From Candidatus Latescibacterota bacterium (GTDB lineage Bacteria > Latescibacterota > UBA2968 > UBA8231): 64,000 bases of DNA. The stretch spans positions 1,568,001-1,632,000 of the forward strand of contig CBDAOB010000005.1 in NCBI GenBank assembly GCA_965197905.1. Direction: 5' to 3'. The position numbers were made by a program, and so were the translations under genes. Positions within the stretch are counted from its first letter, which is position 1. Every line of letters starts with the position of its first letter. This document shows, in pieces, positions 10,164 through 20,981 of this stretch. The notes below the pieces were generated by a model, which worked only from the letters and a program-made list of their open reading frames with translations, did not search any database and was not told the origin of the DNA.

Positions 10164-10658
10164 GTGAAAAGCCCCCTCAAAACCAAGCTGTACTACAGCA
10201 TTAGCGAGGTCTCACGGTTGACCGAGCTCCAGCCTTACACCTTGCGTGCTTGGGAGAAGGAGTTCAACTGCTTGAAACCGCGCCGAGCACGGGGCAAGAA
10301 TCGCGCCTATCGGGAGCGGGACATTGGAATCATTCTACTGATCAAACACCTCCTCCATCGCGAGCGTTATACCATAGCGGGCGTTCGGCAGAAGATCAAA
10401 ACCGAACCCGAACTGCTGCGACACGCATCCGACAACGTAGATTCGTGGCGCAGCGCCGCTCGCCATGGCACCGCGCCCGATCTGCCTTTGCTCACCGTTC
10501 CTGCCGCGGAAGAAACGGCCGAAGCGGGGGTGTCGACGACCGCAATGGCCCCCGCAGCCGGCCGAAGGGAGACCGGACGGACGCCAAACGAGGCCGATTT
10601 GAAAGCACTTCTGGAATCGACGCGAAACGAGCTGCGTTCCCTCCTCGAGAAGCTCTAA
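10164..10658 (+). CDS. MerR-family HTH transcriptional regulator
   Basis: KLYYSISEVSRLTELQPYTLRAWEKEF...RAYRERDI. GTG start at 10164. Confidence 0.85.
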   Translation: MKSPLKTKLYYSISEVSRLTELQPYTLRAWEKEFNCLKPRRARGKNRAYRERDIGIILLIKHLLHRERYTIAGVRQKIKTEPELLRHASDNVDSWRSAARHGTAPDLPLLTVPAAEETAEAGVSTTAMAPAAGRRETGRTPNEADLKALLESTRNELRSLLEKL

Positions 10659-10750
10659 ATCCTTGGGCAAAAACAAATTAAAGCCGCCATTTAGGTGTGC
10701 GTGTAAATCAATCTTGCCCAATGCCCTATATTGCCATATTTTCTAGGGTT

Positions 10751-10773
10751 GTGGGCCCTCGCCCGCCTTTTTT
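10751..10773 (+). promoter_or_regulatory. rimP-nusA leader attenuator hairpin
   Basis: GTGGGC-cctc-GCCCGC-CTTTTTT just before the rimP ATG, matching the widespread rimP-leader terminator. Candidate promoter TTGCCC-17-TATTTT at 10714-10742. Confidence 0.6.
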
Positions 10774-10778
10774 GTATT

Positions 10779-11252
10779 ATGGGTGATTCGGGATCGGATC
10801 GGTTCGATCAAACCGCCATAAAATCAAGACTTATCGCCGTCTTGGAACCGACGGTTAAGGCCCATGGCGCAGAGCTGGTTGATATCGAGCTCAAGGGACC
10901 GGTTCAAAACCAGACGTTGCGAGTACTGGTACATAAGGACTCCGGTTTGGGTGTCGACCACTGCCGAGACATTAGTTTGGAAGTCGGCGATATCCTGGAC
11001 GTCGAAGATCCGCTGCCCGGGCGGTATCGTCTCGAAGTAACTTCACCGGGCTTGTCACGACCCCTTACCTCGGATCGCGACTTCAGCAGGGCCCTTGAAC
11101 GAAATCTGAAGGTCGTGACGGATTCTGGGCACACTATCTTTGGGCGCTTGCTTCGGTTTGGCGAGGAGACAATCACATTGGCGGTAGAATCCGGACCGGG
11201 CGAGATTGTCCGTGCGGAGATAGCGAAAGCAACGATCGAAGCTGAGTTGTAA
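10779..11252 (+). CDS. rimP: Ribosome maturation factor RimP
   Basis: YRLEVTSPGLSRPL motif; first gene of the nusA-infB operon. Confidence 0.93.
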   Translation: MGDSGSDRFDQTAIKSRLIAVLEPTVKAHGAELVDIELKGPVQNQTLRVLVHKDSGLGVDHCRDISLEVGDILDVEDPLPGRYRLEVTSPGLSRPLTSDRDFSRALERNLKVVTDSGHTIFGRLLRFGEETITLAVESGPGEIVRAEIAKATIEAEL

Positions 11253-11283
11253 CGTTGAAACGCGAAGAGAAACCGATCCAGAT

Positions 11284-12771
11284 ATGAACAATTTTAATGT
11301 GGTCGAGGCTCTTGGTCAGATCGCAAGAGAGAAAAACGTCGATCGCGAGATGGTCGTGCAGACGCTGGCTGACGCTCTTGTTTCGGCCGCGAAGCGCCGT
11401 TATGGCGATACCGAGAACTACACAGCTGAGATCGATCCGACATCTGGTCAAATGGAGGTGGTAGCCCGCAAGATCGTCGTGGAGGAGGTAACCGAACCCA
11501 GCGCGGAGATATCTCTCGACGAGGCAAGGGTCCTGGAGTCAGGAGCTCAACTAGGCTCTGAGATCATCGAGCGTCTGGACTTTGCAGATTTCGGCCGCAA
11601 CGCCATCCAGACGGCAAAGCAGATCCTCATTCAGCGCGTTCGGGAAGCGGAACGGGAACAGATCTTCGAGGAGTTTCGGGGGCGGACGGGCCAAATTGAA
11701 TCCGGAATCGTACAGCAGATCAGCCGTGGCGATATCATACTGACCCTCGGCCGCGCCGAAGCGGCTATCCCTTTCAAGGAGCAGATCCGGCGAGAGCGGT
11801 ACCGGCAGGGTGACGCTATCCGCGGCTATATCTACGAGGTGTTGGCTTCCAGCCGCGGCCCTCAGGTGTTGTTGTCGCGCACCCACGGCGAATACCTTCG
11901 CAAGCTGTTCGCGATTGAGGTTCCGGAAATATCTGAAGGCATCGTCGATATTCACGCTGTGGCCAGAGAGCCTGGCGAGCGCGCCAAGATTGCCGTCAGT
12001 TCCCACGACGAACGGGTCGACCCGGTCGGCGCCTGTGTCGGGATCAAGGGTTCCAGGGTTCAAGCGATCGTACGCGAACTGAGCGGTGAACGTATCGACA
12101 TCGTCCCTTGGAGCGAGGAACCGGATGTCTTCATTGGCCGTGCTCTGAGTCCGGCCAACGTGTCGCGGGTGATCGTCGACAGCCGGAGGCATCATGCAAC
12201 GGTTATCGTTGACGAAGACCAGCTGTCCCTAGCTATTGGTCGTTCCGGTCAAAATTCCCGTCTGGCAGCTCACCTAACCGGCTGGGGATTGGACATCATT
12301 ACCGATGGGGAATACCAGAACCGCAGGCTCCAGATCGAGTTGAGCCAGCAACATTTGCGGAAGATGTTGGGGGTCAGCGAACTCATTGCGTTGAGCCTTG
12401 CGACCTCAGGATTCGTCTCGGTGGCGTCCATAGCCGAAGCTGAGGAGGCTCTCCTGAAAACGGTGCCCGGATTGGAGGAGGAGGGCGTCACCGCGACGTT
12501 GAAAGCCAAAGCGACCGTCTATGTCGACGAACATGGCTCCGACGAAGATTTGGTTGCAGTGCCCGAGCCGACGGAGGAAGAAGGGGCGGATCTTGGAGAC
12601 CCCTCTGCCACAACCGATTTGGAAACCTCAGACGCGACTGAGCCCGAACCCGCCGAAGCGGAGGAGACTGTTCAGGAGGCTGTTGGACAGGTGGGTATGC
12701 CGGTTGAGGGAGAGGATCCCGCATTGGGCGAAGAGGCGGCGGACGCAGCCGTCGATGAAAACGAGAATTAA
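11284..12771 (+). CDS. nusA: Transcription termination/antitermination factor NusA
   Basis: FGRNAIQTAKQ, AREPGERAK, DPVGACVG, LSLAIGRSGQN. Confidence 0.97.
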   Translation: MNNFNVVEALGQIAREKNVDREMVVQTLADALVSAAKRRYGDTENYTAEIDPTSGQMEVVARKIVVEEVTEPSAEISLDEARVLESGAQLGSEIIERLDFADFGRNAIQTAKQILIQRVREAEREQIFEEFRGRTGQIESGIVQQISRGDIILTLGRAEAAIPFKEQIRRERYRQGDAIRGYIYEVLASSRGPQVLLSRTHGEYLRKLFAIEVPEISEGIVDIHAVAREPGERAKIAVSSHDERVDPVGACVGIKGSRVQAIVRELSGERIDIVPWSEEPDVFIGRALSPANVSRVIVDSRRHHATVIVDEDQLSLAIGRSGQNSRLAAHLTGWGLDIITDGEYQNRRLQIELSQQHLRKMLGVSELIALSLATSGFVSVASIAEAEEALLKTVPGLEEEGVTATLKAKATVYVDEHGSDEDLVAVPEPTEEEGADLGDPSATTDLETSDATEPEPAEAEETVQEAVGQVGMPVEGEDPALGEEAADAAVDENEN

Positions 12772-12828
12772 CGGGTACTCCATGTCAGGACACAGTGTCA
12801 TCAGTTCCATCGCACGGGAGTAGACCTA

Positions 12829-15213
12829 GTGGAAAAACGCAGGGTATATCAGGTCGCCAAGGAACAGAAGCTCTCCAGTGATGCGTTGATTTCAATGCTC
12901 AAGGGGATGGGCCACGAGGTCAAGAGTCATATGAGCGTGGTCACCGAGGATATGCTACAGGCGATAACGCGCAAGATCGAGGAAGAAAAGCAGAACTCGA
13001 TTGAGGAAGTAAAACGACAGAAAGAGAAGGAAGAATCCCGCAAGAAGGAACAGGCGGAGGCCGCCGCTACTCGCAGACGGGAGGAAACGGAAACGGCCAA
13101 GGTGCAGAGCAAGCGCCCGGCGCGTAGCGGTGGGGCACGGGTTGGCATTTCCCGCGAATTCAGGACCGAGGTTCCGTTGCCGACCAAGGATGACGACGAT
13201 CGGCGCCGGAAACGCCGCGATCACAAGGATAGCGAACCGGCAGCGCCTCGGGAGCGCGCCGCGAGCCCTGGACCGCAGGGCGGCCCAGGGATGGCTGGCC
13301 GCGGTGGCCGCACTAAACGGCGCCGAACGGTCGATCGCAAGACAGCTCGGGAAAACATCCGGCAAACCCTGACGCAAATGAGTGAGGGGCGGACACGCAA
13401 GCGCTACGAGAGGGTTAGCAAAGAGGATGGGGAGAGTGGTCCGGAAGAGACGCCGCAGTTGACGATTAGCGAGTTTGTCACGGTCTCCGATCTCGCCGAA
13501 CAGATGGGCGTGAAATCGACCGATGTCATCGGCGCCTGTTTGCAACTGGGACTCATGGTAACGATTAACCAGCGTCTCGACATGGACACCATCGTAACGG
13601 TTGCCGACGAATTCGGTTTTGAGGTCGTGCCGATGGAAGCGGAGGAAGTTCAGGACTTCGAGGAGATCGCCGAGGAGCAAGAGGTCGGTGATCCACAGCC
13701 GCGCCCTCCGGTAGTAACCGTCATGGGGCATGTGGACCACGGCAAAACCTCACTTTTGGATCGCCTCAGAGATACGAATGTGGCCGAGGGGGAGTCGGGG
13801 GGGATCACTCAGCATATCGGAGCGTATGTGGTTCAGTTGGACGATGGTCGCCGCGTCACCTTCCTCGATACCCCAGGACATGCCGCGTTTACGGCGATGC
13901 GCGCGCGCGGAGCTCGCGTCACAGACATTGTTGTGCTGATCGTAGCCGCCGAGGACAGCGTAATGCCGCAGACGATAGAGGCGATCGATCATGCAAAGGC
14001 GGCTCAGGTGCCGATTGTTGTTGCAATTAACAAAGTGGACCTGCCGGGCAGCGATCCCGATCGCATCAAGCGGGAACTGTCCGAGCGTGATGTCCTCGTG
14101 GAAGAATGGGGTGGCAAGGTGCCGTGTGCTCAGATTTCAGCCAAAACTGGGGAGGGCATAAGCAATCTGCTCGAGTTGATCCTGCTGGAGGCCGACCTCC
14201 TGGAGCTGAAGGCAGTCCCGGACAAGAGGGCGCGGGGAACCATCGTCGAAGCGCAGTTGGACAAAGGACGCGGTCCCGTCGCGACGGTCCTGGTTAAAGA
14301 CGGAACTCTGCGCAAGGGCGATCCGTTTATTACCGGCGTTTTTAACGGCAGGGTTCGAGCGCTGCTGGACGAGGCCGGGCAAATAGTCCCGGAGGCCACG
14401 CCTTCCATTCCCGTTCAGGTGCTGGGCGTTACCGGCATTCCGCAGGCAGGGGACAGCTTCGTCGTCACCGCGGCGGAACGGGATGCCAGGGACTTGAGCC
14501 AAAAACGCCAGCAACTGAAACGAGAGCAGGAGTACAGGAACATTCGCGGTGTCTCGCTTAGCGACTTGCACTACCAGATTCAGCAAGGGGCGATCAAGGA
14601 TCTGAAGGTTATCGTAAAGGGGGATGTGGATGGGTCCGTGGAAGCGGTAACCCAGGAACTTGGCGGTATTACGCACGAAGAGGTCCGAGTTGCGGTCATA
14701 CACAGCAGCGTGGGTGCCATTTCGGAATCCGATGTCCTGCTGGCTTCCGCCTCGAGTGCAATAATCATTGGTTTCCGCGTTCAACCCGAGGCGTCGGCCA
14801 GGGAGATGGCTGAAAAGAACGGTGTGGAGATTCGGCACTATAAGGTCATCTACGAGGTGTTGGATGAGGTCAAAGCGGCACTTACAGGGCTGCTGGCCCC
14901 GTCGCTCGATGAACACGTGATAGGCAGCCTGCAGGTTCGTCAGATATTCAGTTCGTCCCGCATGGGCACGATTGCTGGTTGTATGGTTCAAAGCGGCAAG
15001 ATAACCCGAAACAACAGAGTGCGGGTTGTTCGGGACGAAGAAATCCTGTTCAAGGGTGGAATCTCATCCTTGCGCCGCTTCAAGGATGACGTGCGCGAGG
15101 TTCTGGAAGGGTTCGAATGTGGAGTGGGGGTCGAAGGGTTCGATGCCATCCAGGAGGGAGATGCAATCGAGGTAGTGGAAGTGGTTGAGACCGCGCGTAC
15201 GTTGGAGGAATAG
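12829..15213 (+). CDS. infB: Translation initiation factor IF-2
   Basis: [38 protein letters not shown]. Confidence 0.98.
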   Translation: MEKRRVYQVAKEQKLSSDALISMLKGMGHEVKSHMSVVTEDMLQAITRKIEEEKQNSIEEVKRQKEKEESRKKEQAEAAATRRREETETAKVQSKRPARSGGARVGISREFRTEVPLPTKDDDDRRRKRRDHKDSEPAAPRERAASPGPQGGPGMAGRGGRTKRRRTVDRKTARENIRQTLTQMSEGRTRKRYERVSKEDGESGPEETPQLTISEFVTVSDLAEQMGVKSTDVIGACLQLGLMVTINQRLDMDTIVTVADEFGFEVVPMEAEEVQDFEEIAEEQEVGDPQPRPPVVTVMGHVDHGKTSLLDRLRDTNVAEGESGGITQHIGAYVVQLDDGRRVTFLDTPGHAAFTAMRARGARVTDIVVLIVAAEDSVMPQTIEAIDHAKAAQVPIVVAINKVDLPGSDPDRIKRELSERDVLVEEWGGKVPCAQISAKTGEGISNLLELILLEADLLELKAVPDKRARGTIVEAQLDKGRGPVATVLVKDGTLRKGDPFITGVFNGRVRALLDEAGQIVPEATPSIPVQVLGVTGIPQAGDSFVVTAAERDARDLSQKRQQLKREQEYRNIRGVSLSDLHYQIQQGAIKDLKVIVKGDVDGSVEAVTQELGGITHEEVRVAVIHSSVGAISESDVLLASASSAIIIGFRVQPEASAREMAEKNGVEIRHYKVIYEVLDEVKAALTGLLAPSLDEHVIGSLQVRQIFSSSRMGTIAGCMVQSGKITRNNRVRVVRDEEILFKGGISSLRRFKDDVREVLEGFECGVGVEGFDAIQEGDAIEVVEVVETARTLEE

Positions 15214-15228
15214 AACGGGTCTTCGAGG

Positions 15229-15510
15229 TTGATCGTTTTTGTTTGCGAAGTGCAGCTCTTCCTGCCTGAAAGTTCATCCCTGAAAGACAAGCGTGGAGTA
15301 ATCAAGAGTCTGAAGGAACGGATTCACAATCGGTTTAATGTCTCGGTATCCGAGGTTGCCCACAACGATCTGTGGCAACGCAGTACCCTGGGTATGGCCG
15401 TAGTAAGCACGGCGGCGCAGCATGCCAACCAGGTGTTGTCCAAGACGGTAGATTTCATCGAGCAGGATAGACGCGTCGAGCTGCTCGACTATTCCATAGA
15501 ATCCTGGTGA
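15229..15510 (+). CDS. DUF503 (YlxP) protein
   Basis: SLKDKRGVIKSLKERIHNRFNVSVSEV; conserved position between infB and rbfA. Confidence 0.9.
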   Translation: MIVFVCEVQLFLPESSSLKDKRGVIKSLKERIHNRFNVSVSEVAHNDLWQRSTLGMAVVSTAAQHANQVLSKTVDFIEQDRRVELLDYSIESW

Positions 15511-15517
15511 GCCCCTC

Positions 15518-15877
15518 ATGGCGTCTCAACATCGCGTCAATCGGGTGCGCCACTTGCTGCATAGAGAGCTCAGCGCCATCGTCATGCAGCTCAAGGATCC
15601 GCGTACGCAAATGGTGACCGTGGTGGATGCGGAAATCAGCCGAGATCTCCGCACCGCAAAGATGTTCGTCAGTCTGGTGGGTAGCGATGAGGAACGAAAA
15701 GAGGCCATGGCGGCCTTGAAAAATGCTTTGGGATTCATCAGAAAAGAGATCGCAAAACGGGTGCAGTTGAGATACGCGCCCACAATAGACGTGGCGTACG
15801 ACGACACCGCAGAACGAGCCGCCCACATTACGGCATTGCTGGACAGTCTGGCGATAGATGGGGATGGAGCTAAATAA
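15518..15877 (+). CDS. rbfA: Ribosome-binding factor A
   Basis: KDPR...SRDLRTAKMFVS...LRYAP; operon context. Confidence 0.93.
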   Translation: MASQHRVNRVRHLLHRELSAIVMQLKDPRTQMVTVVDAEISRDLRTAKMFVSLVGSDEERKEAMAALKNALGFIRKEIAKRVQLRYAPTIDVAYDDTAERAAHITALLDSLAIDGDGAK

Positions 15878-16781
15878 CAGGACCGGCATCCTTGTCGTTG
15901 ACAAGGAGAGCGGTCCAACCTCGCACGACGTGGTGGCCAGGGTAAGGCGGATACTAGGTGAGCGCCGGGTCGGACATTGCGGCACGTTGGATCCACTGGC
16001 GACCGGGGTTCTGGTAACTTGCACGGGTCGATTTACGAGATTAAACGAGTGGCTTAGCGCAGGCGACAAGGAGTATCACGCCGAACTGAAGCTCGGAGCT
16101 GTCAGCGACACCTTCGATGCGCAAGGCAGGATCGAGACGATAGAGGGTGCAGCCGCTCCTAGCTCCGATCTCGTTGAGCGAGGCTTGGATCGTTTCCGGG
16201 GCACGATTATGCAGCGACCACCGGCCTACTCGGCAGTGAAGATCGATGGAAAGCGCAGTTACGCGCTTGCCCGCCAGAACAAGGCCGTGCCGCTGCCAGC
16301 GAGACCGGTTACTGTTTCAGAGTTGACCTTATCATCCTACGAATATCCCAGGCTGGTTCTGCGAATGGTGTGTTCACGTGGAACGTATGTTCGCAGCATC
16401 GCACACGATCTTGGTGAGCTGTTAGGATGTGGCGCCTATGTGAGTAGATTGAGGCGCACAAGAGTGGGTTGTTTGGACATGACGATGGCGCGGTCGCTCA
16501 CTGAAATCGAAAAGGCCGTTGCCATCGGCGAGCTCGAGGCGTGTTTTGTGCCACCGCATCTCGCTTTGAGTGGCCTGGATCAGGTTTCTCTGCAACATTC
16601 ACAGCTGGACTCGTTTTCGCACGGCAACGCCGTTCCGTTCGCTGGCTCGGGAAGAGATACTGCCGAGGTCTGCGCCGTTTTTGACGACAAGCGAGACCTG
16701 TTCGGCATTGGTGAGTGGCAGGGGAAGGGGCGGTTGCTGCAACCAGTGCGAGTTCTGCGGGAGCCGGCGTATGCCAACTGA
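15858..16781 (+). CDS. truB: tRNA pseudouridine(55) synthase
   Basis: DKESGPTSHDVV, GHCGTLDPLATGVL, PPAYSAVKIDGKRSY, CSRGTYVRS. Confidence 0.96.
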   Translation: MGMELNNRTGILVVDKESGPTSHDVVARVRRILGERRVGHCGTLDPLATGVLVTCTGRFTRLNEWLSAGDKEYHAELKLGAVSDTFDAQGRIETIEGAAAPSSDLVERGLDRFRGTIMQRPPAYSAVKIDGKRSYALARQNKAVPLPARPVTVSELTLSSYEYPRLVLRMVCSRGTYVRSIAHDLGELLGCGAYVSRLRRTRVGCLDMTMARSLTEIEKAVAIGELEACFVPPHLALSGLDQVSLQHSQLDSFSHGNAVPFAGSGRDTAEVCAVFDDKRDLFGIGEWQGKGRLLQPVRVLREPAYAN

Positions 16782-17238
16782 GCTTGGTCGGGGTGCCGGC
16801 GTTGCTTGCAAGTCGTTGCATGGGTCAATCATCAGTGGCACCGTCGGCGCCGGATCTGCAAGAGGGAAGAGCTTGGGATTTCCCACCGCCAATCTGCAGA
16901 TTGATGGTGATACAGCTGTCGATGTGGCGCCCGGTGTTTATGCTGCTTGGGTGGAGTGGGAGGACGGTCCTCGATATGCGGCCGTCGTGAACGTCGGTTG
17001 TCGGCCTACCTTCGGCGAGGGGGTGATTACGTTCGAGGTGCACGTGCTGGATTTTACGGGTGATCTCTATGGGAAGGATCTCGATGTGACGCTGGCGGTG
17101 AGGATTAGAGATGAAGCGCGATTCGAAGGTGTGGGAGCGCTTGTCACTCAGATCGGCAGGGACATAGAGCAGGCCCGAAATTGGTTTGCCAAAAAACGAA
17201 GTTCACTAATTAGTGGAGGAAATGACAGTGTCGATTAG
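16771..17238 (+). CDS. Monofunctional riboflavin kinase (RibF C-terminal domain only)
   Basis: GSARGKSLGFPTAN, PGVY, NVGCRPTF, FEVHVLDF...DLYG, RIRDEARF. About 155 aa with no N-terminal FMN adenylyltransferase domain. Confidence 0.88.
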   Translation: MPTELGRGAGVACKSLHGSIISGTVGAGSARGKSLGFPTANLQIDGDTAVDVAPGVYAAWVEWEDGPRYAAVVNVGCRPTFGEGVITFEVHVLDFTGDLYGKDLDVTLAVRIRDEARFEGVGALVTQIGRDIEQARNWFAKKRSSLISGGNDSVD

Positions 17239-17497
17239 TGCTGAGAAAACGAGGGAGTTGGTCGGGAAGTACGGGACCAATGAAAAGGATACCGGTTCGG
17301 CGGCGGCGCAGATAGCTATTCTAACCGAGCGCATTGCGAACCTGACCAAACACCTGCAGAGTCACGAGAAAGATTTTGGAACGCGGCGCGGATTGCTGAA
17401 ATTGATCGGCAAACGTCGACGTCTACAATCCTACTATCAACAACAGCACCCTGCGGACTATGCCGAATTGATCAATAGTTTAGGTTTGCGGCGATGA
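17228..17497 (+). CDS. rpsO: 30S ribosomal protein S15
   Basis: DTGSAAAQIAILTERI...RRGLLKLIGKRRRL. GTG at 17228 after GGAGGA gives 89 aa. Confidence 0.96.
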   Translation: MSISAEKTRELVGKYGTNEKDTGSAAAQIAILTERIANLTKHLQSHEKDFGTRRGLLKLIGKRRRLQSYYQQQHPADYAELINSLGLRR

Positions 17498-17525
17498 AAC
17501 CGTTTGCGGAGACAAAAGGAGAATA

Positions 17526-19610
17526 ATGATTCAAAGAATCGAAAAGGAATTTGGCGGCCGCACCCTGTCCATAGAGACTGGAAGAGTCGCCAACCAGGCG
17601 AATGGAGCCGTATGGATCCAGTACGGAGAGACGATCGTCCTGGTCACGGCCTGCCGAACGAAGAATGCTGAAGATCGCGGATTTCTACCTCTTACCGTCG
17701 ACTACCGCGAGAAGTCGTACGCCGGCGGGCGCATTCCCGGCAACATCTTCAAGCGCGAAGCCAGACCAACCGAAAAGGAGACCTTGAGCGCCCGGCTCAC
17801 GGATCACCAGATCCGTCCCATGTTCCCGAAGGGTTTCCCATATGAGGTGCAGGTCTATATCACAGTGCTTTCCGTGGATGGCGAAAACGATGCCGATGTG
17901 CTCGGGATGTTGGGAGCATCGGCGGCGTTGTGCATATCTGATATCTGTTTCGAAGGACCCATGGGGGCAGTGAGGGTTGGGCGGGTCGATGGCAATTTCG
18001 TAATCAATCCTACTTACGAGCAGCTGGAGGAAAGCGATTTGGACCTGATTGTTTCAGGTACGGCTGACTCTATCGCCAGCGTCGAGGGTGGGGCCCACGA
18101 AATATTGGAAGCGGATCTCTTGGAGGCTTTAAAGTTCGGCCACGAGCATATTCGCGCACTTGTCGAATTTCAAGGCGATCTGGTCGCAAAAGTCGGTAAG
18201 CCGAAGTTGAAGTTTGAAGCTCGTCCCATCGATGAAGAGCTTGCCAACGCAGTCGAGGAGCTGTCGAAAGACAAGATCTCGGCGGCGAATCGCACCGAAG
18301 GCAAAGAAGCCCGCGAGTCACAATTCGATGAGCTGAAGACCGACACGATCGACCAGTTGAACGAGCGTTTTCCGGAGGCCGAGAGGCAGATAGCCGATGT
18401 TCTGGATGACCTCGCCAAGAAAGACATGCGGCGCATGATCATCGAGAACAAACGACGAATCGATGGACGGGCGCTTAACGAGGTGCGGCCAATCAATTGC
18501 GAGACCGGATTGCTGCCCCGGGCGCACGGGTCGGCTCTCTTCACCCGCGGCGAAACCCAGGCCTTGTGCACCTCGACGCTAGGTACCAAGATGGACGAGC
18601 GCATGGCTGACGATCTTCGCGGCAAGACGTTCAAGTCTTACTTTCTCGATTACAATTTTCCGGCCTTCAGTGTTGGCGAGGTCAAGTTCGAACGCGGACC
18701 CGGGCGCCGAGATTACGGCCACGGACACCTGGCCGAGCGCGCTCTCGAGCCGGTGATTCCAGCGGTCGATTCGTTCCCCTACACTATTCGGTTGGTTTCG
18801 GATATAACGGAATCGAACAGTTCCAGTTCCATGGCTTCGGTATGCGGGTGCTCCCTGGCTTTGATGGAGGCGGGGATCCCGATTCGGACTCACGTGAGTG
18901 GGGCGGGTGTGGGGCTGGTCACCGAGGGTGACGACTGGGAGTTGCTGACGGATATTCAAGGAGCCGAGGATTTTCTCGGAGACATGGACCTCAAGGTTGC
19001 GGGCACCGAAGACGGGATCACCGCGATCCAAATGGATATCAAGATCCGCGGCATCAGCTTCGAGATAATGGAACAGGCCTTGGAGCGGGCTTTCGAAGGG
19101 CGCATGCACATACTCGATATCATGAAGGAGTGTATTGCCGAACATCGTCCCGAACTGTCCAAGCATGCTCCAAGAATCGAATTCATGAAAATCGACCCTT
19201 CGAAGATCGGCACCGTTATCGGCCCAGGAGGGAAGATGATTCGCGAGATTGAAAGCTACGGTGTAACCGTTACGGTAGAGGACGACGGGACCATAACGAT
19301 TTCGTCTGCCGATTCGGAGGCGTCCAACCAGGCACGCAGCACCATTGAGGCACTCACTTCCGACGCGGAAATTGGCAAGGTCTACAAGGGCACCGTGCGC
19401 AGCATAAAACCGTTCGGCGCCTTCGTCGAGATTTTGCCAGGTAAGGACGGCTTGTTGCACATATCCGAGCTTGCCCATCGACGGATTGACCGGGTCGAGG
19501 ATGTGGTTAAGGAGGGACAAAACATCGAAGTCAAGGTCCTAGACATCGATCCCGGTGGTAAGATTCGACTTAGCCATAAGGCGCTTCTTACCAAGGATAG
19601 CGACAAGTAA
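17526..19610 (+). CDS. pnp: Polyribonucleotide nucleotidyltransferase
   Basis: FLPLTVDYREK, HGSALFTRGETQ, GDMDLKVAGT, KH and S1 domains. Confidence 0.97.
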   Translation: MIQRIEKEFGGRTLSIETGRVANQANGAVWIQYGETIVLVTACRTKNAEDRGFLPLTVDYREKSYAGGRIPGNIFKREARPTEKETLSARLTDHQIRPMFPKGFPYEVQVYITVLSVDGENDADVLGMLGASAALCISDICFEGPMGAVRVGRVDGNFVINPTYEQLEESDLDLIVSGTADSIASVEGGAHEILEADLLEALKFGHEHIRALVEFQGDLVAKVGKPKLKFEARPIDEELANAVEELSKDKISAANRTEGKEARESQFDELKTDTIDQLNERFPEAERQIADVLDDLAKKDMRRMIIENKRRIDGRALNEVRPINCETGLLPRAHGSALFTRGETQALCTSTLGTKMDERMADDLRGKTFKSYFLDYNFPAFSVGEVKFERGPGRRDYGHGHLAERALEPVIPAVDSFPYTIRLVSDITESNSSSSMASVCGCSLALMEAGIPIRTHVSGAGVGLVTEGDDWELLTDIQGAEDFLGDMDLKVAGTEDGITAIQMDIKIRGISFEIMEQALERAFEGRMHILDIMKECIAEHRPELSKHAPRIEFMKIDPSKIGTVIGPGGKMIREIESYGVTVTVEDDGTITISSADSEASNQARSTIEALTSDAEIGKVYKGTVRSIKPFGAFVEILPGKDGLLHISELAHRRIDRVEDVVKEGQNIEVKVLDIDPGGKIRLSHKALLTKDSDK

Positions 19611-19635
19611 CCCGGATTTCTCAGGAGTGATTTTC

Positions 19636-19672
19636 AAGACTATCGGAGAAATCCGATAGTCTTTTCCATTTT
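19636..19672 (+). terminator. Intrinsic terminator after pnp
   Basis: AAGACTATCGGA-GAAA-TCCGATAGTCTT followed by TTCCATTTT. Confidence 0.75.
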
Positions 19673-19688
19673 ATGGACACAGTTTGAC

Positions 19689-20981
19689 ATGGCACAGACC
19701 AGAGTCTTCAAGGTAGGTGATCACGAGGGTCGGGAGATCGAGCTGCGCGGATGGCTTTACAACAAGCGATCGAGCGGCAAGCTCCACTTTCTCCAGCTTC
19801 GCGATGGAAGCGGCACGATTCAGTGCGTCGTATTCAAGGGGGACGTCGAGCCTGATGTGTTCGAACTCTGTGAAGAGATTCCCAACGAATCCTCGTTGGT
19901 AGTTCGGGGATCTGTACGCAAGGATGACCGCTCGCCTCTGGGATTCGAGATCGGCGTTTCCGCTGTAGAATGCCTACAGAAGGCGGAGCCCTACCCGATC
20001 ACGCCCAAATCTCACGGCGTTGCTTTTCTGATGGACCATCGCCACCTCTGGCTGCGGTCGACGCGACCAAATGCCATTCTTCGGATACGCAGCGAGGTAG
20101 TCAAAGCATGCAGGGATTTCATGGAGGAGAGGGAATTCACTCTGGTTGATGCACCCATTTTTACTCCGGCTGCGTGCGAGGGCACGACTACGCTGTTCAG
20201 CACAGACTACTTCGGAGAAACGGCGTACCTGACGCAGAGCGGACAGCTCTATATGGAGGCAGCAGCCATGGCCTTCGGGAACGTTTACTGCCTGGGTCCG
20301 ACGTTTCGTTCGGAGAAATCGAAGACGCGCAGACACCTTACCGAATTCTGGATGATAGAGCCGGAAATGGCGTACTGCGATTTGGAGGGGGACATGGATT
20401 TGGCGGAAGAAATGGTCCGCTATGTGGTTCTCCGGGTCCTGGAACGCAGGAAGACGGAGCTCGAGATTCTCGAGCGCGACCTCTCCTCGTTGGAAAAGAT
20501 TACACAGCCATTCGCACGTATCAGCTACGACGATGCGATCGCGATTCTAGCCAACAAGGGGATACCCTTCCAGTGGGGTACGGATTTGGGTGGTGATGAT
20601 GAGACAGTCGTTTCGAAGGAATTCGGGACACCGGTGATCGTACATCGTTATCCTAGGAAGGTCAAAGCGTTCTATATGAAGGAAGACGAATCAAATCCCG
20701 ATCTGGCTCTATGCATGGATATGCTCGCTCCGGAGGGATACGGAGAGATCATCGGTGGGGGGCAAAGGGAGGACGACCTGGCAATCCTGCAACGGAAACT
20801 GGAAGATCACGATCTTCCGAAGGAAGCGTTCGAATGGTACCTCGATCTTCGCCGCTATGGTTCGGTTCCCCACGCGGGTTTCGGCATGGGCATTGAAAGG
20901 GTCGTTTCCTGGATATGTGGACTACACCACGTCAGGGAGACCATACCATTTCCGCGCACAATGCAGAGAATCTACCCATGA
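19689..20981 (+). CDS. asnS: Asparagine--tRNA ligase
   Basis: [60 protein letters not shown]. Confidence 0.96.
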   Translation: MAQTRVFKVGDHEGREIELRGWLYNKRSSGKLHFLQLRDGSGTIQCVVFKGDVEPDVFELCEEIPNESSLVVRGSVRKDDRSPLGFEIGVSAVECLQKAEPYPITPKSHGVAFLMDHRHLWLRSTRPNAILRIRSEVVKACRDFMEEREFTLVDAPIFTPAACEGTTTLFSTDYFGETAYLTQSGQLYMEAAAMAFGNVYCLGPTFRSEKSKTRRHLTEFWMIEPEMAYCDLEGDMDLAEEMVRYVVLRVLERRKTELEILERDLSSLEKITQPFARISYDDAIAILANKGIPFQWGTDLGGDDETVVSKEFGTPVIVHRYPRKVKAFYMKEDESNPDLALCMDMLAPEGYGEIIGGGQREDDLAILQRKLEDHDLPKEAFEWYLDLRRYGSVPHAGFGMGIERVVSWICGLHHVRETIPFPRTMQRIYP